NCBI GenBank assembly: GCA_038231275.1
Contig: JBBRLQ010000010.1
Location: forward strand, 64,001-128,000
Source of the DNA: Polyangiales bacterium
Lineage (GTDB): Bacteria > Myxococcota_A > Polyangia > Polyangiales > Polyangiaceae
Direction of reading: 5' to 3'
DNA length: 64,000 bases
The position numbers were made by a program, and so were the translations under genes. Of this stretch, positions 39,999 through 48,381 are shown in pieces. Below the pieces are notes generated by a model. That model had not been told where the DNA came from and searched no databases. It was given only the letters and a program-made list of their open reading frames with translations. Position 1 is the stretch's first letter, and every line of letters begins with the position of its first letter.

Positions 39999-41597
39999 AT
40001 GAGTCTCGGCCCTTCGCTCCGCATCATCGCGATCAACGACGTCTACTCGCTCGAGAACCTGCCGCGCCTGCGGAGCCTCGTGGAGCACCATCGCACCGTC
40101 GCGCCGGCCGACCTGCTCCTCGTCACCCTCGCGGGAGACTTCGTCGCGCCGAGCGTCCTGTCGAGCCTCGACGCGGGGCGCGGCATGGTCGACTGCCTGA
40201 ACGAGGTCGGCGTCACGCACGTCACCTTCGGCAACCACGAGGACGACATCACCTACGAGGAGCTCCAGAAACGCGCGCAGGAGCTCCGCGGGGTTTGGCT
40301 GGCCACGAACGTCCACGATTTTCAGCCGATCCTGCCCGCGAGCGACGTGGTGCGCGTGGGTCGCCCCGGCGGGCGGACCGTCAAGGTGGGCCTCGTCGGC
40401 GTCGTCATGACCGATCCGGCCGCCTACCGCGGTGCGCCCTTCGGTGGCGCGAAGCTCGACCCGGCCAACGACGCCGCGCGCCGCGAGGCCGCTCGGCTGA
40501 TTCGCGACGAAGGATGCGCGTGCGTCATTCCGCTCACCCACCAGACGCTCGAGGAAGATCGCGAGCTCGCGCGCACGCAGCGGACGCCGCCGTTTCCCAT
40601 CCTCATCGCCGGGCACGAGCACGAGCCGCACCTCGAAGAAATCCAAGGGACGTGGATCGAGAAGGCCGGAGCCGACGCGTTCCACGCCGCCGTGATCGAT
40701 CTCGTGTGGCCCATAGAGGCGCCGCCCGCCGGCGCACCCGATCTGCCGAGTGTGCGCGTCGTGCTCGAGGACGTCGCGCCGTACGCGGAGGATCCGGCAC
40801 TGCGCGCGCGCGTCGAAGTGCACATGGCGAGGGTCCACGAGCTCGAGAAGGCGCCGCTGGTCAGGCTCGCGCCGGGGGAGGTGCTGTCGTCGGTGGGCAC
40901 GCGCCTTCGCCAGACGTCGATCGGCACGCTGGTCTGCAACCGCGTTCGCGATGCCCTGGGCGCCGAGGCGTGCCTCTTCAACGGCGGCGGCATCCGCGGG
41001 TCGCGCGAGTACGTCGGGCGAATCACCTACGGCGACCTGAAGGCGGAGATCCCGTTCGAGAACGAGGTCGTCGTCGCGACGATGCCGGGCCGCGTCGTGG
41101 CGGCTGCCGTCCGCGCGTCGCGCTCGCACGTGCCAGCCGAATCGGGCGGGTTCCTGCAGGTCGACGATCGCGTCACCATCACCGAGGACGGCGCGCTCGT
41201 GACGATCGCTGGCGAGCTGCTCTCCGAAGAGCGCGAGTACCGCGTCGCCCTCGTGCGAAACCTCCTCACCGGTCTCGATCACATCGAGCCGCTCGTGCGC
41301 TTCGCCACCGAGTTCCCCGAGCGCGTGCCTCCGGCTGGGAGTGGGCGCGACATCAAGCTGGTGTTGATCGAGGCGTTCGCGGTGGAGCTGTGGCGGCATC
41401 TCGGCGGCTTCGACGCGATCGACACCAACCATGACGGCGTCATCTCCGAGGAGGAGCTCGCCGCGGCGATTGGTCGCGTCACCTCGAGCGCGCCGTCGAA
41501 GGTGGCCGCCGAGCTTGTGCTGCGTGCGCTGGACGCCGATCATGATCTGGCAATCACGCGCGAAGAGGCCGAGAAAATAGGGCGCGGCGCGACGTGA
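39999..41597 (+). CDS. 5'-nucleotidase/metallophosphatase with C-terminal EF-hand pair
   Basis: INDVY, GDF, GNHE, THQ, AGHEH; NGGGIR and PFEN C-domain; DTNHDGVISEEE and DADHDLAITREE. Confidence 0.85.
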   Translation: MSLGPSLRIIAINDVYSLENLPRLRSLVEHHRTVAPADLLLVTLAGDFVAPSVLSSLDAGRGMVDCLNEVGVTHVTFGNHEDDITYEELQKRAQELRGVWLATNVHDFQPILPASDVVRVGRPGGRTVKVGLVGVVMTDPAAYRGAPFGGAKLDPANDAARREAARLIRDEGCACVIPLTHQTLEEDRELARTQRTPPFPILIAGHEHEPHLEEIQGTWIEKAGADAFHAAVIDLVWPIEAPPAGAPDLPSVRVVLEDVAPYAEDPALRARVEVHMARVHELEKAPLVRLAPGEVLSSVGTRLRQTSIGTLVCNRVRDALGAEACLFNGGGIRGSREYVGRITYGDLKAEIPFENEVVVATMPGRVVAAAVRASRSHVPAESGGFLQVDDRVTITEDGALVTIAGELLSEEREYRVALVRNLLTGLDHIEPLVRFATEFPERVPPAGSGRDIKLVLIEAFAVELWRHLGGFDAIDTNHDGVISEEELAAAIGRVTSSAPSKVAAELVLRALDADHDLAITREEAEKIGRGAT

Positions 41598-41794
41598 GCG
41601 GCGTTGGCACTCCGGCGGCTTTCGTCCGATCGAGGTGGCGCGAGGATCCAGGCGCCGTGACCGCTGCAGGCGCGCTTCTCCAACTCCGCTGAAACCTGCG
41701 CCGCTCTCGCGGGCCTTTTCTTTCTCCGCTGCGCGTTTTCGAAGCTCCGGACGGCGGAACGCCGGTTGCACCGAGAGACGCTGGAGGTTCCCCC

Positions 41795-43006
41795 ATGCGC
41801 GCGCTCTCCTTCTTCGCGTTGGCCGTCGTCGCGACCGCGGCGTGCTCTGCGGCGCCCTCGCACAGTGGCTTCAGCGAAGGCAACGCAACGGGCTCGAGCG
41901 GCGGCGCCGTCGGCGGTGGAAGCAGCGGCGGGGGGACGACACCCGGCTTCGGCGGCGACGGAGGGACACCGGCCACCGGCGGGACCTGCAGCCCCAACGC
42001 CGCCAGCGCGGAGATCGCCGACAACGGCTGCGACGACGACGCCAACGGCAAGATCGACGACGTCGCCGCGTGCGATGACGGCCTCGCCATCGACGGCACG
42101 GCCGGTGACTTCGCGAAGGCGATCGGGGTCTGCGACGTCGCCGCATCGCGCGGCTTCGGCCTCGTGAGCGCCTCGTACTCGAACGGCTACGGCCGCGCCG
42201 ACGCCCCGCAGCAGGGGCAGTGGGGACTCCTCCCCAAATTCGGCTCGTCGCTGACTCCGCGCGAAGGTCACCTCCTCGGCGCCATCAGCTCCGGCTACGC
42301 GCGCGAGTACGATTCGCCGAGCGGCACCGGCACGCCGTTCTTCAAGATCGGCCCGCTCGATGGCACCTCCTATCCGACCGGCGCGGCCCCCAGCGGCTTC
42401 CCGCGCGCCGCCGCGGGCTGCCAGCAGGACAACCTCGTCAACGACATGATCGACGTGAAGCTCACGCTCAAGGCGCCCCCCAACGCGCAGGGCTTCAAGT
42501 TCGACTTCGACTTTCACTCGTCGGAGTGGCCCGCGTTCATCTGCACCAACTTCAACGACGCGTTCGTCGCGTACCTCTCGGCGCCGAGCTTCAACGGCGG
42601 CAAGGGCGACAACGTCTCGTTCGACAGCAAGAGCAACCCGGTCAGCGTGAACAACGGCTTCTTCGACCGCTGCACGCCGAACTCTCCCATCGGGTGCGGC
42701 GACGGCAACGCGCCCACTGGCACCGCCGCGTGCCCGGGAGGCCCCGCCGAGCTGGGCGGCACCGGCTTCGGCCTCACCGGCACGCCGATCTCCGCGCCCA
42801 CGTGCGACCCGAGTCAGCCGCAGACCGTCGGCGGCGCGACCGGCTGGCTGACGACGCAGGCGAAGGTCAACGCCGGCGAAGAGTTCACGCTCGAGTTCAT
42901 GATCTGGGACGCGGGGGACGGCGTGCTCGACTCGCTCGTGCTGCTCGACAAGTTCCAGTGGATCGGCGGCGCGGTGACGCCGGGCACCACGCGGCCTCCG
43001 CGCTGA
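41795..43006 (+). CDS. Choice-of-anchor L-like lipoprotein
   Basis: Lipobox TAAC; EIADNGCDDDANGKID motif; FDFHSSEWPAFICTNFND, GGATGWL, IWDAGDGVLDSLVLLD. Confidence 0.75.
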   Translation: MRALSFFALAVVATAACSAAPSHSGFSEGNATGSSGGAVGGGSSGGGTTPGFGGDGGTPATGGTCSPNAASAEIADNGCDDDANGKIDDVAACDDGLAIDGTAGDFAKAIGVCDVAASRGFGLVSASYSNGYGRADAPQQGQWGLLPKFGSSLTPREGHLLGAISSGYAREYDSPSGTGTPFFKIGPLDGTSYPTGAAPSGFPRAAAGCQQDNLVNDMIDVKLTLKAPPNAQGFKFDFDFHSSEWPAFICTNFNDAFVAYLSAPSFNGGKGDNVSFDSKSNPVSVNNGFFDRCTPNSPIGCGDGNAPTGTAACPGGPAELGGTGFGLTGTPISAPTCDPSQPQTVGGATGWLTTQAKVNAGEEFTLEFMIWDAGDGVLDSLVLLDKFQWIGGAVTPGTTRPPR

Positions 43007-43056
43007 CGTCGCCGGCATCTCCTCGTCGTCAACCGGCGGCGTGCTAGATTCTTGGC

Positions 43057-43572
43057 GTGGAGTCCCTTCTCCGAGGACGCTTGTTCCCCCTTCTCTTCGC
43101 GCTCGCCGGCTGCAGCACGAGTAGCGGCGGCAATTCGGTCGACGCCGCCGCCGACGTCACCGAGGAGACCGGCGCGCGCGACACCGGAAAGGACGGGCCC
43201 GATCTCGACGCCGGCGCCGACGTGGGGAAGGCCGCGCCGGGCGTGGGCTTCGTCGCGTGCGGCGCCAGCCAGTGTGCGATCCCCGGCGAGGTGTGCTGCC
43301 CGCGCGTCGACGGCGGCGCCTGCTTCCCGCGAGGCGCGGCGCCGTGCAGCGGGATCGAGTGCGATCAGCCGGACGACTGCGCCGATGGCACGACGTGCTG
43401 CTACCAATTCCCTGCCGGCTGCGCCGACGTATCGGCGACGTGCAAGAAGACGTGCGGCGCCGCGGACGTGCCCGCGTGCCTTGGCCTGACCGACTGCAAT
43501 GCCTGCGTGTCGCTCACGTGCGCCGGCGTCCCGCTGACGACGTGCGGGACCGACGGCCTCTGCTGCCACTGA
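43057..43572 (+). CDS. Cys-rich lipoprotein
   Basis: Lipobox LAGC; CC and CDxxxDC motifs. Confidence 0.65.
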   Translation: MESLLRGRLFPLLFALAGCSTSSGGNSVDAAADVTEETGARDTGKDGPDLDAGADVGKAAPGVGFVACGASQCAIPGEVCCPRVDGGACFPRGAAPCSGIECDQPDDCADGTTCCYQFPAGCADVSATCKKTCGAADVPACLGLTDCNACVSLTCAGVPLTTCGTDGLCCH

Positions 43573-43592
43573 GAGTAGAGCGAGCGCTCGCG

Positions 43593-44003
43593 TCAGCCCT
43601 TCTCGACGTCCTTGCCGGACTTCTCCCATCCGCGGATGCCGGCGGGCATCACGTACACGTTCGCGTATCCGAGGTTCTCCGCTGCGACCGCAGCGGTGTG
43701 GCACGCGTGTCAGAGCTCGTTAGCGCAGTAGAAGACGAGGGTGGCGTCCTTGTCGGGGGGCAGATCGCCCGCCGTCACTTTGTCGAACGCGACCCACTTG
43801 GCGCCGGGGACGTGGCTCTTCGTCCAGCGCTCTTTGTCGTTGTTGTCGAAGATGAAGGTCTTCCCATCATGCCGGGCGATGCGCGAGGCGACGTCGTCCA
43901 CGCTCAGCTCTTTCAGCGGAGCGCCGCTCGCGGACTTCTTCGCGCAGCCCGCGGCCAAGGCGGCGAGCATCGCGGCGCTGAGCACGAAGGCACGACGGTT
44001 CAT
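43593..44003 (-). CDS. Rhodanese-domain lipoprotein, probable selenoprotein (UGA at codon 98 read as Sec), 136 aa
   Basis: SHVPGA rhodanese motif; LVFYCANEL-TGA-HACHTAAVAAENLGYANVYVMPAGIRGWEKSG continues in frame to TGA at 43593-43595; SECIS-like hairpin downstream of the UGA. Confidence 0.85.
43679..43696 (-). promoter_or_regulatory. Bacterial SECIS-like stem-loop
   Basis: mRNA CCGCUGC-GGUC-GCAGCGG, beginning 13 nt after the in-frame UGA at 43712-43710. Confidence 0.75.
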
Positions 44004-44103
44004 GCGCGAAACTCTAGCGCGCCCACACCGGTTCGGCCAGTCGCGGCGTCGTTCTCGCGATCAAACGGGCCCCCATCGGACATCTCCCGGTCGGCGAGAG
44101 TCG

Positions 44104-44277
44104 ATGCGTCGAAAGTCAGCGGACAAGCAGAGCCTGAAGCTCCCGATCGAGCTCGTCGTCGAGATGAGGGGTGAGGCGAGGCGCCTCGACAAATCGCTCT
44201 CGTGGGTGGCGCAAGAGGCCTGGCGCCGCGCCAAGGAGCGCATTCGAGCGCTCCCGGGCGTGCGCGACGTCGAGTGA
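44104..44277 (+). CDS. Myxobacterial small protein, TIGR04563 (MXAN_4361/4362)-like
   Basis: KQSLKLP..EMRGEARRLDKSLSWVAQEAWRRAKERIRALP matches the KQSL..EA.R.D.SLSW..Q.AW family pattern. Confidence 0.75.
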   Translation: MRRKSADKQSLKLPIELVVEMRGEARRLDKSLSWVAQEAWRRAKERIRALPGVRDVE

Positions 44278-44571
44278 TTTACTCGTCGATGGCCTTGGGC
44301 GACGACGCGAGCGTGCAACGCGGCGCGCTCGACGCACGACGCGATCGCCCTGGTGTCGCTGGCAAGCGGCAGCGTCGGAGGGCTCCGCGTTCGCGCCTTA
44401 AACGGTCCGGGCGAGCTGCTCGTCGGCGATGACCGTCGCGTGCACCTCGTGTCGAACCACCGCCTGCCGCGGATCCCTCGTTCCCCAGTCGCGGCAAATG
44501 TTCCCGAACGCGTCGACCCCGTCCTCATCCTGACGCCCGGCGCCCAGTAGTAGGGAGTAGAGGGGAGCAGC

Positions 44572-44609
44572 CTCGACGGAATCTGCCGCTCTCGGTGGAA
44601 TCCGTCGAG
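44572..44609 (+). other. Intergenic 38-nt hairpin
   Basis: CTCGACGGA-A-TCTGCCG-CTCT-CGGTGGA-A-TCCGTCGAG: 9-bp perfect stem, A/A mismatch, 7-bp stem with two G-U pairs. Confidence 0.6.
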
Positions 44610-44684
44610 AGCACGGAGAAGAAAGCCGCAAGAGACGTGAAGGATCGGTGGTGCGTCGGGCCGTGTGCGGACATATGCAGCGGC

Positions 44685-45809
44685 ATGATGCACGCGCCGC
44701 GCAGCCTGGTTCGTTTCTCTCGTCTCGGTCTGGTCGGTCTGGTCGCCGGTGTCGCTGCGCTCGCGTGCAGCGGCGCATCGTCGCCGGGCGGAACAGGCGG
44801 GGACGATGGCGGCAGCTCCGGCACCTCGGGCACCTCGGGCACCTCGGGGACGTCGGGCACTTCGGGGGCATCGGGCACCTCGGGAACGTCGGGCACTTCG
44901 GGGACGTCCGGCACGTCAGGGACCTCCGGCTCATCGGGCAGCTCGGGCTCTTCGGGCAACACGGACGGCGGCACCGATGGGTCGACGGCGACGAAGGTCA
45001 CGACCGTCTTCACGGTCCTGTTCGAGAACCACGACTACGCGGAGATCGTCGGCTCCGCGAACGCGCCCTACTTCAACTCGCTCATCGCGAAGTACGGCCT
45101 CGCGACGAACTACATCGACTCGAACGTCCACCCGTCGCTCCCCAACTACCTCTTCATGATCAGCGGCGGCACGCAGGGCGTGACCACCGACTTCGATCCG
45201 ACGACCAACGGCTTCCCGAAGGACGTGCAGCACATCGGCTCGCAGCTCGTCGCGAAGAGCGTCCCGTGGCGGTCGTACCAAGAGAGCATGGGGACGGCAT
45301 GCAAGCTCACGGGGAGCGGAAAGTACGCGCCGAAGCACGATCCCTTCCTCTACTTCACCGACATCCAGAACGGCGCCGGCGGCCTCTGCGCGAGCACCCA
45401 GGTCGACTACGCGCAGTTTCCGACCGATCTCGCGGCGAACACGAACCGCTTCTATTTCATCACGCCGAACCTCACCTCCGACGGGCACGATCCGACGAGC
45501 AATCCGGTGACCGGTCTCAAGAACTCCGACGCGTGGGCGCAGACCGAGATCGCGAAGATCATGGCGTCGCCGGCGTACCTGAACGGCGGGGTCATCTTCA
45601 TCACCTGGGACGAGGCCGAGGGGCGCAACGGCGACTCGAAGGATCAGATCCCGATGATCGTGGTGAGCGAGCTCATCAAGACGGCGGGGTACAAGTCGAA
45701 CGTCGCGTATTCGCACAAGAGCTGGCTCGCGACGGTGGAGGACATCCTCGGCCTCGGGCGCCTCGCCACGACGACCGCCGAGCCGACGCTGTCCGAGTTC
45801 TTCAAGTAG
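44685..45809 (+). CDS. Phosphoesterase (acid phosphatase/phospholipase C-like) family lipoprotein
   Basis: Lipobox ALAC; (GTS)n linker; FENH, HPSLPNY, YAPKHDPF, ITPNLTSDGHD, ITWDE, YSH. Confidence 0.85.
   Translation: MMHAPRSLVRFSRLGLVGLVAGVAALACSGASSPGGTGGDDGGSSGTSGTSGTSGTSGTSGASGTSGTSGTSGTSGTSGTSGSSGSSGSSGNTDGGTDGSTATKVTTVFTVLFENHDYAEIVGSANAPYFNSLIAKYGLATNYIDSNVHPSLPNYLFMISGGTQGVTTDFDPTTNGFPKDVQHIGSQLVAKSVPWRSYQESMGTACKLTGSGKYAPKHDPFLYFTDIQNGAGGLCASTQVDYAQFPTDLAANTNRFYFITPNLTSDGHDPTSNPVTGLKNSDAWAQTEIAKIMASPAYLNGGVIFITWDEAEGRNGDSKDQIPMIVVSELIKTAGYKSNVAYSHKSWLATVEDILGLGRLATTTAEPTLSEFFK
44812..44956 (+). repeat. 9-bp coding tandem repeat (Gly-Thr-Ser)n
   Basis: GGCACCTCG and variants repeated more than ten times. 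Confidence 0.85.
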
Positions 45810-45896
45810 AGGCCGTGTAGGCGAAGAGCGCCGTCCCGTGGCGGAATGCGCCGCGGGACGTGATCCTTTTGGCTGCTCGGTCCCACCATCTTAGAC

Positions 45897-47015
45897 ATGC
45901 ATCCTTCTCGCGTCGTTCTGCGCGTCCTTGCCGCGGCCGTCGGTCTGGTCGCGCTCTTGTCCGTGAGCTGCGGCCGGAGCGAGCTGTTCGCCGACACCGC
46001 ACTCACCGATGACGGCGGCGTCGACGGCGCGACCCCGTCGGCGTGCGGATCCTGCAGCGAATTGTCGGCGGAGTGCGGGACCGTCACGGACCGCTGCGGC
46101 AAATCGCTCGATTGCGGATCGTGCGCGGTCCCGAAGACGTGTGGCGGCGGCGGAACCGCGAACCAATGCGGGTGCCAGGCGTCGACGTGCAGCGCGGTCG
46201 GGGCCGAGTGCGGCGAGGCCCTCGACGGATGCGACGGCGTGCTCTCGTGCGGGACGTGTCCGGCTGGCCTGACGTGCGGAGGGGCCGGCGCCAACCGCTG
46301 CGGCCCGAACTCATGTGCTCCCAAGACGTGCGCGCAGCTCGGCGTCGCGTGCGGCAAGGTCTCGGACGGGTGCAGCAAGGTGCTCGACTGCGGCGGATGC
46401 TCGGCGCCCCAGACCTGCGGCGGCGGCGGCACCGTCAACGTGTGCGGCTGCACGCGCAGCACGTGCGCGGGCCGCGGCGCGACGTGCGGCAAGGTCTCCG
46501 ACGGATGCGGCAAAGAGCTCGACTGCGGGGGATGCACCGCTCCGCAGTCGTGCGGTGTCGGCGGCACGAACGCCTGCGGGTGCGTCGCAGCCACGTGCGC
46601 TTCGATCGACGCGCACTGCGGGACGATGCTCGACGGCTGCGGCGGGACGCTCAGCTGCGGGACGTGCACGGGCGGCGGTCGGCGCGGCGGGAAGGTGTGC
46701 ATCGGCTCGGGCCCCGCGAATTGCAGTGAAGAAGGAGAGTCGTGCACGCCGACGACGTGCGCGCGTCAGGGTGCGCGGTGCGGCAAAGTCGCCGACGGGT
46801 GCGGCGGGCTCCTCGACTGCGGCACGTGCGCGGTTGGCCAAACCTGCGGCGGTGGCGGCGTCTTCAACCAATGCGGCTGCACGCCGACGACGTGCGACGC
46901 CCAGGGTGCCACCTGCGGCAAGCTCGGAGACGGGTGCGGCGGCAGTCTCGACTGCGGCACGTGCGCGGCCGGGCAGGCGTGCACGTCCGTCAATCAGTGC
47001 GCGCGTACCAAGTAG
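45897..47015 (+). CDS. Lipoprotein made of tandem Cys-rich repeats
   Basis: Lipobox VSC; about seven repeats of TCxxxGxxCGxxxDGCGxxLxCGxC..TCGGGG..NxCG. Confidence 0.8.
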   Translation: MHPSRVVLRVLAAAVGLVALLSVSCGRSELFADTALTDDGGVDGATPSACGSCSELSAECGTVTDRCGKSLDCGSCAVPKTCGGGGTANQCGCQASTCSAVGAECGEALDGCDGVLSCGTCPAGLTCGGAGANRCGPNSCAPKTCAQLGVACGKVSDGCSKVLDCGGCSAPQTCGGGGTVNVCGCTRSTCAGRGATCGKVSDGCGKELDCGGCTAPQSCGVGGTNACGCVAATCASIDAHCGTMLDGCGGTLSCGTCTGGGRRGGKVCIGSGPANCSEEGESCTPTTCARQGARCGKVADGCGGLLDCGTCAVGQTCGGGGVFNQCGCTPTTCDAQGATCGKLGDGCGGSLDCGTCAAGQACTSVNQCARTK

Positions 47016-47030
47016 TGCGAGGCCTTCGCT

Positions 47031-48305
47031 CTACGCGAGCTCGCGCGCGCGCTCGGCGAGGCCTTGGATGACGGAGTGGAAGCTGGAGAGGCGGTGTAGC
47101 TTCTTGGCGCCGAAGCGTGCTTCGAGGCCGCGCGCGATGACGGGGACGCGCGCGGTGCCCCCGGTCGCGCAGACGAGGTCGATCGCGTATTCGTCGAGGC
47201 CGGCGGCCGCGAGCGTTTCGGTGACGCAGGAGAGGATGCGATCGGTGGTGGGCGCGGAGAAGGCCTCGAGCTCCTCGCGGCGGACCTCCTCGGAGACGTC
47301 GATTCCGGGGTAGGCGTAGCGGAACGGGGCCGTGGTGGCGTCGGAGAGAGCGCGCTTGGTGGCTTCGATGGCTTCGAAGATCTGGAAGCCGAGGCCGTCT
47401 TCGATCAGGACGAGGAGCTGGTCCATCCTCTCTTGGTCGCGCCCCCCCAGCGCGCCGCTCTTGATGTCGCGAAGGAAGCGGAGGACGTCTTGCCTGCCGA
47501 GGAGGCACACCTCTGCGGGTGAGCAGAGGCGCTCCATCAGCGCCTTGGGCATCGAGAGGACGTTGCCGCCGAAAGGGACCTTGTACGTGACGTCGCCGCC
47601 GAAATGCGCGGCGATTTTCTTGCGCATGAGGCTCGCGTCGATCGCGTCGCCGGCGACCGGCACGCCGCCGATGGCGAGGACGTCCGCGCGATCGTCCCGT
47701 CGGTCGCTGCTCAATCGAGCGACGGTGAAGTCGCTGGTGCCGCCGCCGAGATCGGCGACGAGGACGGTGGCGGTGCCGTTCATCTTGCTTCGAAAGTCGT
47801 ACGCCGCGGCGACCGGCTCGGGGCAGAACGAGACCTCGTCGAATCCCGCGAAGCGCGCGGCGCGTTCGAGGCGCTCCTGGGCGAGCGCGTCGGCCTCGGG
47901 ATCCTCGGAGAAGCGCGCGGGGCGGCCGAGGAGCGCGCGCTTCACGTCGACGCCGTAGTGCCGATTTGCGCGCACGCGCATCTCGCGCAGGAACACGCCG
48001 ACGAGGTCCTCCAAGCGGACGACCCGCGTGCCGATGCGCGTCTCGGCGACGCCCATCATCGGAAGGAATCGCTTCATCGAGCGAATGAAGCGGCCACGCG
48101 CGCCGTGCGCTTCGTAGCTGCGGAGCGCCTCGTGGCCGAAGGCCCACTCGCCGTCCGCGAAGAAGAGAATGCTCCGCAAGATCGTCGGCTCGGGCGCGGT
48201 CGGATCGAGCGGCGCCGGAGGGAACGCGCCATCCGGACCGACGCCGGCGAGGAGGGAGTTGCTGGTGCCGAAATCGATCGCGTAGATGGTCACGGCGGCG
48301 GACAT
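47031..48305 (-). CDS. Hsp70-family ATPase lacking substrate-binding domain (YegD-like)
   Basis: AIDFGTSNS, EPVAAA, VADLGGGTSDF, TGGTARVP; start ATG 48305 or 48314. Confidence 0.85.
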   Translation of the reverse strand: MSAAVTIYAIDFGTSNSLLAGVGPDGAFPPAPLDPTAPEPTILRSILFFADGEWAFGHEALRSYEAHGARGRFIRSMKRFLPMMGVAETRIGTRVVRLEDLVGVFLREMRVRANRHYGVDVKRALLGRPARFSEDPEADALAQERLERAARFAGFDEVSFCPEPVAAAYDFRSKMNGTATVLVADLGGGTSDFTVARLSSDRRDDRADVLAIGGVPVAGDAIDASLMRKKIAAHFGGDVTYKVPFGGNVLSMPKALMERLCSPAEVCLLGRQDVLRFLRDIKSGALGGRDQERMDQLLVLIEDGLGFQIFEAIEATKRALSDATTAPFRYAYPGIDVSEEVRREELEAFSAPTTDRILSCVTETLAAAGLDEYAIDLVCATGGTARVPVIARGLEARFGAKKLHRLSSFHSVIQGLAERARELA

Positions 48306-48381
48306 GAGGCCCATCCTGCCGCCCAAACGCCGCGCTTTCCTAGCTGGGAAATTCGTGGGATCCTGCGGCGAGCCTCGCGGG

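Noticed and set aside
43710..44003. 97-aa truncated rhodanese or pseudogene as given by the ORF track
   Set aside because: The domain continues intact past the TGA with a SECIS-like hairpin, so recoding is the better explanation.
44812..44956. Periodic repeats here, at 23197-23390 and at 46040-47010 as possible CRISPR arrays
   Set aside because: They are in-frame coding repeats with synonymous variation and no unique spacers; no cas genes are present.
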